A DNA stretch of 17,136 bases from Kofleriaceae bacterium (lineage in GTDB: Bacteria > Myxococcota_A > Polyangia > Haliangiales > Haliangiaceae): contig JBKJLC010000144.1 in the NCBI GenBank assembly GCA_046597055.1, positions 1 through 17,136 of the forward strand. Reading direction: 5' to 3'. Both the position numbers and the translations under genes were made by a program. The notes under the pieces were generated by a model that made no database searches, was not told where the DNA came from, and saw only the letters and a list, made by a program, of their open reading frames with translations. Positions 8,406 through 17,136 of this stretch are shown one piece after another (positions within the stretch are counted from its first letter, which is position 1; every line of letters begins with the position of its first letter).

Positions 8406-8794
8406 GGGACGGTGGGTTGTACCAGCTCGCGTACGCGGTCGATGAGCGCGCGGCCGTCGATCGGCTTCGCGAAGAACCCGACCGCGCCGCAGGCGAGCCC
8501 CTCCTCGATGTCGGCGGGTGCGCTCCGGCCCGAGACGAACAAGACCGGGATCTCCTGCCACTCCGGGTGCTTCTTGAGCGCGCGGCACAGCTCGAACCCG
8601 TCGATCCAGGACATGTTGACGTCGAGCAGGATCAGGTCGGGGCGATCGACCTGCAGCGCGGACACCAGGCGCAGGCCGTTGGAGGCGAGCGCGACGTCGT
8701 AGCCGGCGCGGCGGAGCACGTCGGCGAGATACTCGCGGACCTCGCGATCATCGTCGACGACCGCGACCAAGGTGCGCCGGGGGCCGTGGGTCAC
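8402..8794 (-). CDS. Single-domain response regulator (receiver only)
   Basis: [19 protein letters not shown] and FAKP receiver motifs; no output domain. Confidence 0.93.
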   Translation of the reverse strand: MTHGPRRTLVAVVDDDREVREYLADVLRRAGYDVALASNGLRLVSALQVDRPDLILLDVNMSWIDGFELCRALKKHPEWQEIPVLFVSGRSAPADIEEGLACGAVGFFAKPIDGRALIDRVRELVQPTVP

Positions 8795-9033
8795 GGTTCG
8801 TCGGCCGCGACTTCGTCGAGGGGCACCGACCGTGCGCCCCCGGCGATCAGCAGTTCGACGCGCTTTTCGGCGCCCTCGAGCAGCTGATGGCCGCGCTGAA
8901 CGAGCCCGACCCCCTCCTCGTACGCGGTCAGCGACTCCTCCAGGGAGAGGCTGCCGGCCTCGAGACGTTCCACGACCTTACGCAGTCGGGCCAGGACCGC
9001 GTCGTACCCCTCGGAGCCGTCCGTCGACGCCAT
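8791..9033 (-). CDS. xseB: Exodeoxyribonuclease VII small subunit
   Basis: 80 aa, [37 protein letters not shown]; upstream of ispA. Confidence 0.95.
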   Translation of the reverse strand: MASTDGSEGYDAVLARLRKVVERLEAGSLSLEESLTAYEEGVGLVQRGHQLLEGAEKRVELLIAGGARSVPLDEVAADEP

Positions 9034-9041
9034 GACGCGCG

Positions 9042-9070
9042 AGCATAACCGACGACCTCGGATCCGACAC
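9042..9070 (-). promoter_or_regulatory. Putative xseB operon promoter
   Basis: GTGTCG-N17-TATGCT, 8 nt before ATG 9033. Confidence 0.5.
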
Positions 9071-9121
9071 CGCCGCAGCCCACCGAGATCGCATCTGAAA
9101 ACACGCAGGCGGTATTACCCG

Positions 9122-9149
9122 TTGACGCACGCCGCGTTGCAGGGAAAAT
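9122..9149 (+). promoter_or_regulatory. Putative fur promoter
   Basis: TTGACG-N16-GAAAAT, 6 nt before ATG 9156; the -10 is imperfect. Confidence 0.45.
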
Positions 9150-9155
9150 GAAAAC

Positions 9156-9656
9156 ATGTCTGGGTCTGTTAGCCCCGAGTTTCATCATGGTGACGCGCGC
9201 CAGCTCAAGGAGCGTTGGCGGGCGTACCTCACCGACAAGCGGCTCAACACGACCAACCAGCGCGAGGCGATCGTCGATCAGTTCTTCCGCACAAAAGACC
9301 ACATCTCGATCGACGAGCTCCTGGCCCGCGTCCGCAAGCGTCACCAGAAGGTCGGCTACGCGACCGTCTACCGGACCCTCAAGCTCCTGGTCGAGAGCGG
9401 CCTCGCCATCGAGCGCCAGTTCGGCGATGGCCAGGCGCGCTTCGAGGTCGCCGGCGAGCACCATGACCACCTCATCTGCGCCAAGTGCAACCTGATCCTC
9501 GAGTTCGAGGACGACGAGATCGAGCACCTGCAGGAGAAGGTCGCCCAGCGCCTCGGCGGCTTCTCCGTGATCCGCCACCGCCACGAGCTCTACGCCCTGT
9601 GCCCCAAGGCGCGTGGCCTCGACGATCGCTGCCCCAACGAGAGCGCGCGCTCGTGA
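9156..9656 (+). CDS. fur: Fur family transcriptional regulator
   Basis: [27 protein letters not shown] and [14 protein letters not shown] motifs. Metal specificity cannot be assigned from sequence alone. Confidence 0.93.
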   Translation: MSGSVSPEFHHGDARQLKERWRAYLTDKRLNTTNQREAIVDQFFRTKDHISIDELLARVRKRHQKVGYATVYRTLKLLVESGLAIERQFGDGQARFEVAGEHHDHLICAKCNLILEFEDDEIEHLQEKVAQRLGGFSVIRHRHELYALCPKARGLDDRCPNESARS

Positions 9657-10672
9657 CCGCCCGACACCCGGCTCGCGCGGCCGCGGTGCTCGCGATCGCC
9701 CTCGGCGCTGGCTGTGGCGGTGGCGGTGGTGACGCTGACGCGACCGACGCCGCGGTGATCGAGCCCGACGCGCCGGCGTGCGACTACGCGACCCCGCGCG
9801 CGGTGGCGCCCGAGGTGTTCTGGGGCCCGACCGGTCTCGAGAACCGCGTGGTCGACCTGATCGACGGCGCGACCGGCTCGATCGACCTGCAGATGTACTC
9901 GTTCACGGTCGATCGCATCGTCGATCGCCTGGTCGCGGCCGACCGGCGCGGCGTGACGACGCGCGTGCTGCTCGACCCCAGCCAGCTCACCCCACGGACG
10001 AAGACCGATCTCGAGGCCGGCGGCGTCGAGGTCAAGCTGGCGCCGGCCGGCTTCCCCAACGCGCACGCGAAGTACCTGGTGATCGGCGGCACCACCGCCG
10101 TGATCCTGTCGACGAACTTCACGAACGCGGGCTTCGACGACCAGCGCAACTACGGCGTGATCGATCGCGATCCACAGGACGTCGCCGATCTGGCGGCGAT
10201 CTTCGCGGCCGACTGGGCCGGCCAGCCCGCGACGATCGGGTGTTCGCGGCTGGTGACGTCGCCCGGCGACGCGCGCGCGCGGGTGCTGGCGATGATCGCG
10301 GGCGCGCAGCGGACCCTCGACGCCGAGCTCTTCTACATCACCGACTCGGCGGTGCGGCAGGCGATCGTGAGCGCGCGGGCGCGCGGGGTCGTGGTCCGGG
10401 TGCTGCTTGCGCACCCCGACGACATGGCGGAGAACGCCGCGATGGCCGACACGCTGAAGGCGGCCGGGGTGTCGGTGAAGGTGATGGCGACGCCGGTCGT
10501 GCACGCCAAGCTGCTGGTCGCCGACGGGGTCGCCCTGATCGGGTCGCACAACATGTCGCCCACGTCGTTGCGCGACAACCGCGAGGTCGGCGTGCTGGTG
10601 CGCGAGGGGAACGCGGCGGGGGTTGCGGTGCAGCGGTTCGAGCAGGACTGGACCAGCGCGACGGCGTGGTGA
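9653..10672 (+). CDS. Phospholipase D superfamily lipoprotein (two PLDc domains)
   Basis: GTG 9653 overlaps the fur stop (GTGA); signal ending LGAG-C. Motifs [19 protein letters not shown] and [19 protein letters not shown]. Confidence 0.9.
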   Translation: MTARHPARAAAVLAIALGAGCGGGGGDADATDAAVIEPDAPACDYATPRAVAPEVFWGPTGLENRVVDLIDGATGSIDLQMYSFTVDRIVDRLVAADRRGVTTRVLLDPSQLTPRTKTDLEAGGVEVKLAPAGFPNAHAKYLVIGGTTAVILSTNFTNAGFDDQRNYGVIDRDPQDVADLAAIFAADWAGQPATIGCSRLVTSPGDARARVLAMIAGAQRTLDAELFYITDSAVRQAIVSARARGVVVRVLLAHPDDMAENAAMADTLKAAGVSVKVMATPVVHAKLLVADGVALIGSHNMSPTSLRDNREVGVLVREGNAAGVAVQRFEQDWTSATAW

Positions 10673-10717
10673 CGTAGCGCGGGACGCCGGGCGCACAAGC
10701 GGCCCGCGCCGCAGCAA

Positions 10718-10765
10718 CCGTCTCCGTCTCCCTCTCCGTCTCCCTCTCCGTCGCCGTCTCCCTCT
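10718..10765. repeat. Hexamer tandem repeat, 8 units of CCSTCK
   Basis: CCGTCT CCGTCT CCCTCT CCGTCT CCCTCT CCGTCG CCGTCT CCCTCT, between convergent genes. Confidence 0.93.
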
Positions 10766-10783
10766 CCCCCGCGCATGGCCCGC

Positions 10784-11278
10784 CTACTGCGCCATGATCC
10801 GCTCGACCTCGGCGGTCTCGCTCTTCGGCAGCAGCCGCACCGCGCACCGCCCCGGCCCCGACGGCAGCTCTCCGATCACGTACACGCTCGCGTTCTGCCA
10901 CCGCGCCCGGACCCCGCGCTCCTCGACGGGCACGCCGAAGCTGGTCCGTAGCCACTGCGTCAGCGCCGCCTCCTTGCACCCGCGGATCTGCAGCTGGATC
11001 TCGATCACCTTCGCGTCCGGCGTCGTGCCGCCGAAGTACAGGTCGACATCGGCGTTCTGACCGGCCAGCGCGAGCGCGGGCTGCCCGAAGCACCAGGTGC
11101 CCTTGCGCCCGTCGGGCAGATCGGTTGGCTCACACCGCCCGGTCGCCTTGGCGAGCGTCAGCTTCTTCACGTGGTAGGGGCCGATGCCGGCGAACTCCGG
11201 CTTGCCCGAACACCCCGATCCCGCCACCGCCGCCGCCGCCACCATCGCGAACACGATCCTACGAGGCCCTCGCGTCAT
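10784..11278 (-). CDS. Hypothetical lipoprotein
   Basis: 164 aa; basic N-terminus, hydrophobic stretch, AGSG-C, and four further Cys. Confidence 0.8.
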   Translation of the reverse strand: MTRGPRRIVFAMVAAAAVAGSGCSGKPEFAGIGPYHVKKLTLAKATGRCEPTDLPDGRKGTWCFGQPALALAGQNADVDLYFGGTTPDAKVIEIQLQIRGCKEAALTQWLRTSFGVPVEERGVRARWQNASVYVIGELPSGPGRCAVRLLPKSETAEVERIMAQ

Positions 11279-11285
11279 CCGTCGA

Positions 11286-11798
11286 CTATGCCACGACCCC
11301 CACGAGCGTCACCTCGACCATCACGATGTCCTCCATCTTGATCATCAAGAACCGCGGCGCGGCCAGCCCGAGCGTGCGGATGTCGAGCTCGAACCGCCCG
11401 GTCGCGGCCAGCCGGCCCCCGTCGAGCGTGCCCTCGCCAGCGACGACCAGCGGCACCTCGCGCCCGCGCCAGCGCAGCGTGCCCTCGGCGTTGGCCGTGA
11501 ACCGACCCGCGCCGCCGTCGACCACCTGCACGTCGCGCACGCGCACCAGCTCGAACGTCGCGCGGGCGTGCTCGTCGAGCGCGAAGTCCTTGCGCAGCTT
11601 GCGGTTGCGCAGCCAGTCGCCGGCATCGAACTGGGTCATGTCGACGGTGAAGGTCGCGGTCGCACCGGTGGTCGCCAGCGTGACCGCCTCGGCGGCGACG
11701 TCGCCGGTGACCGCGCTCCAGACCGTGGACGTGTCGTGGAGCGTCGAACGCGCCTTCACGACCAGCTTCGACCCGGCTCCTACCTTGTAGCGCGGCAT
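11286..11798 (-). CDS. YceI family protein
   Basis: [26 protein letters not shown] and [19 protein letters not shown] beta-barrel pattern; no signal peptide. Confidence 0.85.
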   Translation of the reverse strand: MPRYKVGAGSKLVVKARSTLHDTSTVWSAVTGDVAAEAVTLATTGATATFTVDMTQFDAGDWLRNRKLRKDFALDEHARATFELVRVRDVQVVDGGAGRFTANAEGTLRWRGREVPLVVAGEGTLDGGRLAATGRFELDIRTLGLAAPRFLMIKMEDIVMVEVTLVGVVA

Positions 11799-11820
11799 CG
11801 CGGGCGACCTGCGGCTCGGC

Positions 11821-12588
11821 CTAGGCCGACACGCACTGCAGCATCAGGGTGGTGACGTTGTCGGTACCACCCGCACGGTTGGCCGCGTCGACCAGCTCGG
11901 CGACCGCGCGCTCGAGCGACTTCGCGTTGGCGGAGATCTGCAGGATCTGTTCGTCGTGGACCATGCCCGACAGGCCGTCCGAGCACAGCAGGAACACGTC
12001 GCCGCTCTTGATCTGGTGCGCGCGGATGTCGACCTGGACCGTCTCGCGCATGCCGAGGGCGCGTGTGATGACGTTCTTGTGAGGGAAGTTGCGCTCCTCC
12101 TCTTCGGTCATGTCGGGCTTCGCTTCCTTGTAGTCCTCGAGGAGCGAGTGGTCGCGCGTCAGCTGCGTGATCGCGCCCTCGCGGACCCGATAGACGCGCG
12201 AGTCGCCGACGTGGCCGACGTACGCCTTGTCACCGGCGACCAGCGTCGACACGATCGTGGTGCCCATGCCCTTGTAGCGAATGTCGCGGCACGAGGTCTC
12301 GAAGATGCGGAGGTTGGCGAGCTTGATCGCGCAGACCAGCCGGTTCTCCACGTACGACAGCGACCGGTCCATCTTGTAGGGCCAGGTGACGTCCTCGTCC
12401 TCGCGCGTGCGCTGGTAGAACTCGCCGATCGTCTCGGCCGCCATCTTGGAGGCGACCTCGCCGGAGGCATGACCGCCCATTCCGTCGGCAACGATGAAGA
12501 GCTGCTCGTCCTCGATGAGGGAGAAGTAGTCTTCGTTGTGGGTCCGCTTCATGCCCACGTCAGTCTTGGCGGCGTACCGGATCTTCAT
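11821..12588 (-). CDS. pph1: PP2C-type (Stp1/IreP family) Ser/Thr phosphatase, myxobacterial Pph1-like
   Basis: [37 protein letters not shown] and GGTDN motifs. The TWPYKMD..ENRL insert is recalled from Myxococcus Pph1. ATG 12588. Confidence 0.93.
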   Translation of the reverse strand: MKIRYAAKTDVGMKRTHNEDYFSLIEDEQLFIVADGMGGHASGEVASKMAAETIGEFYQRTREDEDVTWPYKMDRSLSYVENRLVCAIKLANLRIFETSCRDIRYKGMGTTIVSTLVAGDKAYVGHVGDSRVYRVREGAITQLTRDHSLLEDYKEAKPDMTEEEERNFPHKNVITRALGMRETVQVDIRAHQIKSGDVFLLCSDGLSGMVHDEQILQISANAKSLERAVAELVDAANRAGGTDNVTTLMLQCVSA

Positions 12589-12626
12589 GGGCGGGGCGGA
12601 AGGGGGGACGGGATTCCCACGTCCGA

Positions 12627-12656
12627 AGGATAGGTTGGCTGTGAAAGGCGCGTCAA
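12627..12656 (-). promoter_or_regulatory. Sigma70-type promoter for PP2C-yceI-lipoprotein
   Basis: TTGACG(12656-12651)-N18-TATCCT(12632-12627), 38 nt upstream of the ATG. Confidence 0.6.
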
Positions 12657-12716
12657 CCGATCGGGCCGTCGGACGGCTCGCTTCGCGCACTCGCCGTGCC
12701 TGGTAGAGTGCCGGCC

Positions 12717-13985
12717 GTGCATGCCGAGATCCTCACCATCGGAGACGAGCTCACGCGCGGGGAGATCGTCGACACCAACTCCTCCTGGCTGGCCGCGCAG
12801 CTATGGGATCTCGACGTCACCGTGCGCTGGATGACCAGCTGCCGCGACGATCGGGGAGATCTCCGGGCCGCGCTGGCGGCGGCGACCACGCGCGCCGATC
12901 TCGTCCTTTGCTCGGGAGGGCTGGGGCCCACCGAGGACGATCTCACCGTCGACACGGTCGCCGAGGTCGCCGGGGTCGAGGTCGCGATCGACGAGGCTGC
13001 CCGGGCGCGGCTCGAGGGCTTCCTCGCCAGCCGCGGCCGCCCGGTATCCGCGGTGAATCTGCGACAGTGCCGGGTGCCGGTCGGCGCGACGGTCCTGCCC
13101 AATCCGGCCGGGCTCGCCCCGGGCTTCGAGATCACGCTCGGCGGCACGCCAGTGGTGTGCTTGCCCGGGGTCCCGCGCGAGATCCACGCGATCTTTGCCG
13201 GCGCCCTGCGGGCCCGGGTCGCCGAGCTCCGCGCGGGCCACGGCGCCGCCCCGCGGATCGCGCGCCGGACCTACCGGGTCTTCGGTCGCTCCGAGTCGCA
13301 GCTGTCCGAGGCGCTGCGCGGCCTCGTCGACGGCATCGCGGGCGCGTCGATCCACTACCAGCTCAAGTTCCCCGAGGTGCTGGTCAAGCTGGTCGTCCGC
13401 GATCCGGACGCAACCGCCGCCGAGGCGCGCCTGCGCGATCTCGACGCGGCGCTGCGCAGCCGGGTCGGCGACTGGCTCTACGGCGTCGGTGACGAGCCGC
13501 TCGCCACCGTCGTCGGCCGCGCCCTCCTGACCGCGGCGCGAACCGTCTCGGTCGCCGAATCGTGCACCGGCGGCATGCTGGGCGGGTTGCTGACCGACGC
13601 CGCCGGTTCCTCGGGGTACTTCGTGGGCGGCGCGATCGTCTACGCCAACCGCGAGAAGGTCCGTCAGCTCGGGGTCAGCGAGGCCACGCTCACTGATCAC
13701 GGCGCGGTCAGCGAGGCCACCGCGATCGAGATGGCGCGTGGCGCCCTCGCCCGGTTCGGCACCGACCTGGCGATCGCGATCACCGGGATCGCCGGCCCGG
13801 ACGGGGGCACCCCGGACAAGCCGGTCGGGACCGTATGGATCGCGCGGGCCCAGGCCGACGGCGCCGTCGCGACCTTCCGCCTGACGTGGCCCGGCGCGCG
13901 CGACCAGGTCCGCCTGCTCGCCGCCTGGTGGGGGCTCAAGATGCTCCATGATGTCGTCGGTCCGCGCAGCGAGGTGGGCTCGTGA
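12717..13985 (+). CDS. cinA: Competence/damage-inducible protein CinA (MoCF-like domain + NMN deamidase PncC)
   Basis: [41 protein letters not shown] and [13 protein letters not shown] motifs; GTG 12717. Confidence 0.96.
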   Translation: MHAEILTIGDELTRGEIVDTNSSWLAAQLWDLDVTVRWMTSCRDDRGDLRAALAAATTRADLVLCSGGLGPTEDDLTVDTVAEVAGVEVAIDEAARARLEGFLASRGRPVSAVNLRQCRVPVGATVLPNPAGLAPGFEITLGGTPVVCLPGVPREIHAIFAGALRARVAELRAGHGAAPRIARRTYRVFGRSESQLSEALRGLVDGIAGASIHYQLKFPEVLVKLVVRDPDATAAEARLRDLDAALRSRVGDWLYGVGDEPLATVVGRALLTAARTVSVAESCTGGMLGGLLTDAAGSSGYFVGGAIVYANREKVRQLGVSEATLTDHGAVSEATAIEMARGALARFGTDLAIAITGIAGPDGGTPDKPVGTVWIARAQADGAVATFRLTWPGARDQVRLLAAWWGLKMLHDVVGPRSEVGS

Positions 13986-14713
13986 CCTCCGAGGCGCCCG
14001 GCGCCCCGCCGCCCGCGCCGGCCGATCGGGCGATGCGCCTGTTCGTCGGCATTCCGGTCGCGGCCGCGGTCGCGACCGAGCTCGCCGCGACCTGCGAGTC
14101 CCTGGCGCGCCGGGCGACCACGCAGCAGGTGCCGCTCCGGTGGATGGCCCCGGCGACCTATCACGTCACCCTCAAGTATCTCGGCTGGACCCGGCCCGAG
14201 GTGGTGCCGGCGGTCCGCGCCGCGCTGGTGCGGGCGCTGGTCGGGATCGAGCCCTTCCGCTTCCGGGCCGCGCGGCTCGGCGCCTTTGCCAGCCCGGCGC
14301 GCGCGACCGTCGTGTGGGCGGGCGTCGACGAGCCGGCGGGCGCCGATCCGGCCCGCCGTGGCGCCCTGGGCCGGCTGGCCACCGCGCTCGACCGCGAGCT
14401 GGCGACGGTTGGCTTTCCGGCCGAGCCGCGCGCCTTCCATCCGCACGTCACGCTCGCCCGGCTGCGCGAGCCGGGCGACGTCGCCGGCGTGCTCCTGCCA
14501 TTCTCCGAACAGGTGTTCAGTGAGACGCGAGCGGATTTTGTTACCCTGTTCGAATCAGTAACAAAAACAACTGGTTCAGAGTACGCCGTCGTCCTGCGGG
14601 AGCCTCTTGGAGCCCGTCTCAAGGCCCCAGATCGTCAGAGCGAGGCCGTAGAACCGTCGCCATTCGACGCGTCATCAGGCACCGAGGACGGTTGGGAGCG
14701 ACACCAGGGATAG
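13982..14713 (+). CDS. thpR: RNA 2',3'-cyclic phosphodiesterase (2H family)
   Basis: MRLFVGI, two HxT motifs (YHVTL, PHVTL), LFES..G.EY; cinA-thpR-recA synteny. Start is GTG 13982 or ATG 14033. Confidence 0.93.
   Translation: MTSEAPGAPPPAPADRAMRLFVGIPVAAAVATELAATCESLARRATTQQVPLRWMAPATYHVTLKYLGWTRPEVVPAVRAALVRALVGIEPFRFRAARLGAFASPARATVVWAGVDEPAGADPARRGALGRLATALDRELATVGFPAEPRAFHPHVTLARLREPGDVAGVLLPFSEQVFSETRADFVTLFESVTKTTGSEYAVVLREPLGARLKAPDRQSEAVEPSPFDASSGTEDGWERHQG
14505..14520 (+). promoter_or_regulatory. Putative LexA (SOS) box for recA, inside thpR
   Basis: CCGAACAGGTGTTCAG is GAAC-N4-GTTC ending in GTTCAG, as in the Myxococcus LexA box. It lies just upstream of an extended -10 TGTTACCCT (14539-14547). 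Confidence 0.7.
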
Positions 14714-14808
14714 GTGTCCACCCTCTCGTCCCGCCGTGGCCCGTCGATCGTCAAGCGCTGCGCTTCGCTGCGCTCATCCAGTAGACCGCAGCCACAAGGG
14801 AGACGCCG

Positions 14809-16032
<1,224 letters not shown>

Positions 16033-16078
16033 CGTTCGCGACTGTCAGCTCACGCGAGCGTGATGCCCAGAGTTCTCG

Positions 16079-16114
16079 ACGCGGCGGCCTCATGTGCCGC
16101 CGCGTTTTGCTTTT
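16079..16114 (+). terminator. Intrinsic terminator after recA
   Basis: ACGCGGCGGC-CTCATGT-GCCGCCGCGT followed by TTTGCTTTT. Confidence 0.88.
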
Positions 16115-16317
16115 CGGGACTTTGTTGGCGGACCCGAGCGTGTCGCACCCTGTCCCGGCCGATCGAAATGCTCAGAACCATGGGCGGTTCGATAGTGATC
16201 CCTGCGACAAGAGTGCGACGCGGATCTTGCCTTTGCTCTGACGATGCGAGATGACTCACTCGGCCGAGGCTGGAAAGGGTCCGCTTTGGCCGTCTAGCAA
16301 CTAGAGGAGGGCACGTA

Positions 16318-17136
16318 ATGCTGCGCTACCGTACGCAAGGATTCCTTGCGGTAAATCTTGGACTCGGAATCCTGGCTGCGGGTTGCTTGAGCGAACCCGA
16401 CCTCAAGACCGGCCTTCGTCCCGAAGGCCCGCCCGAGGTCCTCGCGGTGCTGGCGGTCGACGCCACCACCGCCGCGGAGGTGCCAGCGTTCTGCAAGTAC
16501 GTCGGTGGCGTCCTCGACGAGAAGGGTCCCGGCCTGGTCCAGGGCACGACCGTCTGTCCCGACGTCGCGGCCGATTTCGAGTCGAACGACCTCGCGCCGC
16601 TCGGCTGGGACGTCCGCATCGTCTTCGACGAGCTGCTCAATCCCGACAAGGTCGAAGAGCTCGTGTGTGATGCCGACGGCGACGGCGAAGAAGATGCCGA
16701 GATCACCGTCTGCGAAGGCAGCCTCCTCACCGGTATGGCCTCGCCGATCACGCTCCGTTGCGGCACCACCACCGTGCCGAACGGCGGGTACTACTACCCG
16801 AATGGCAACAAGGAGAGCTTCCCGGTCGGCCCCGCGATCTACGTCTCCCCCGATCGCGACGCGCTGACCTTCGCCACCGGTACGACCTGCACGATCTCGG
16901 TCAACGACGTGGTCGTCGACAAGTCGGGTGAGAAGGTCGCCACCGGCGCGCAGCTCAACAGCTTCGACCTGAAGATCGCCGACCTCGCGGTTGTCACCAG
17001 CCAGGCCGCCGCCGACGATCCCGAAGCGGTCGACGCCGACGGCGCGGTCACCTTCCTCTTCAACGCCAACCTGCTCGCCACCTCGGTCACCGCTGCCGAC
17101 TTCGAAGTGGTCAACAGCACCGGCACCGTGGTTCCG
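16318..17136 (+). CDS. Lipoprotein, probably with bacterial Ig-like domains (partial, runs off the window)
   Basis: SD GAGGAGG at 16304-16310; MLRYRTQGFLAVNLGLGILAAG-C lipobox; open for 273 codons. VRIVFDELLNP and VTFLFNANL resemble Ig-like (Big_5-type) strands. Confidence 0.88.
   Translation, partial: MLRYRTQGFLAVNLGLGILAAGCLSEPDLKTGLRPEGPPEVLAVLAVDATTAAEVPAFCKYVGGVLDEKGPGLVQGTTVCPDVAADFESNDLAPLGWDVRIVFDELLNPDKVEELVCDADGDGEEDAEITVCEGSLLTGMASPITLRCGTTTVPNGGYYYPNGNKESFPVGPAIYVSPDRDALTFATGTTCTISVNDVVVDKSGEKVATGAQLNSFDLKIADLAVVTSQAAADDPEAVDADGAVTFLFNANLLATSVTAADFEVVNSTGTVVP

Noticed and set aside
9653..10672. PLD as part of an anti-phage system (DISARM DrmC or restriction-type)
   Set aside because: It has a lipoprotein signal, and no helicase, methylase or other defence genes are nearby.
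16220..16300. Sigma54 promoter upstream of the last gene
   Set aside because: The best consensus-like candidates have GG-GC spacings of 7, 9 or 11 rather than the required 10.

Overview
Very GC-rich bacterial core-genome window, most likely Myxococcota (inferred from a Pph1-like PP2C, an FHA-GGDEF cyclase, a TPR-Slt lipoprotein and many lipoproteins). Positions 1-685 are largely non-coding: a REP-like inverted pair, a 43-44 bp tandem repeat, a ~140 nt hairpin and a 9-bp VNTR. A minus-strand run follows, in transcription order: xseB, single-domain response regulator, ispA, beta-rich lipoprotein, FHA-GGDEF, lytic transglycosylase, sixA, hypothetical protein, membrane EEP phosphatase. Then come a divergent fur + phospholipase D pair, a convergent PP2C-yceI-lipoprotein unit, cinA-thpR-recA with an intrinsic terminator, and the 5' part of a lipoprotein gene missing from the ORF track. 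I see no mobile element, CRISPR array or clearly new multi-gene system. The most notable signals are a probable recA promoter with LexA box plus a second palindrome inside the thpR coding sequence, recurring leaderless-type promoters, an IspA lacking the conserved segment after its second DDxxD, and the structured repeat region at the start. All family calls come from motif recognition, not database searches.
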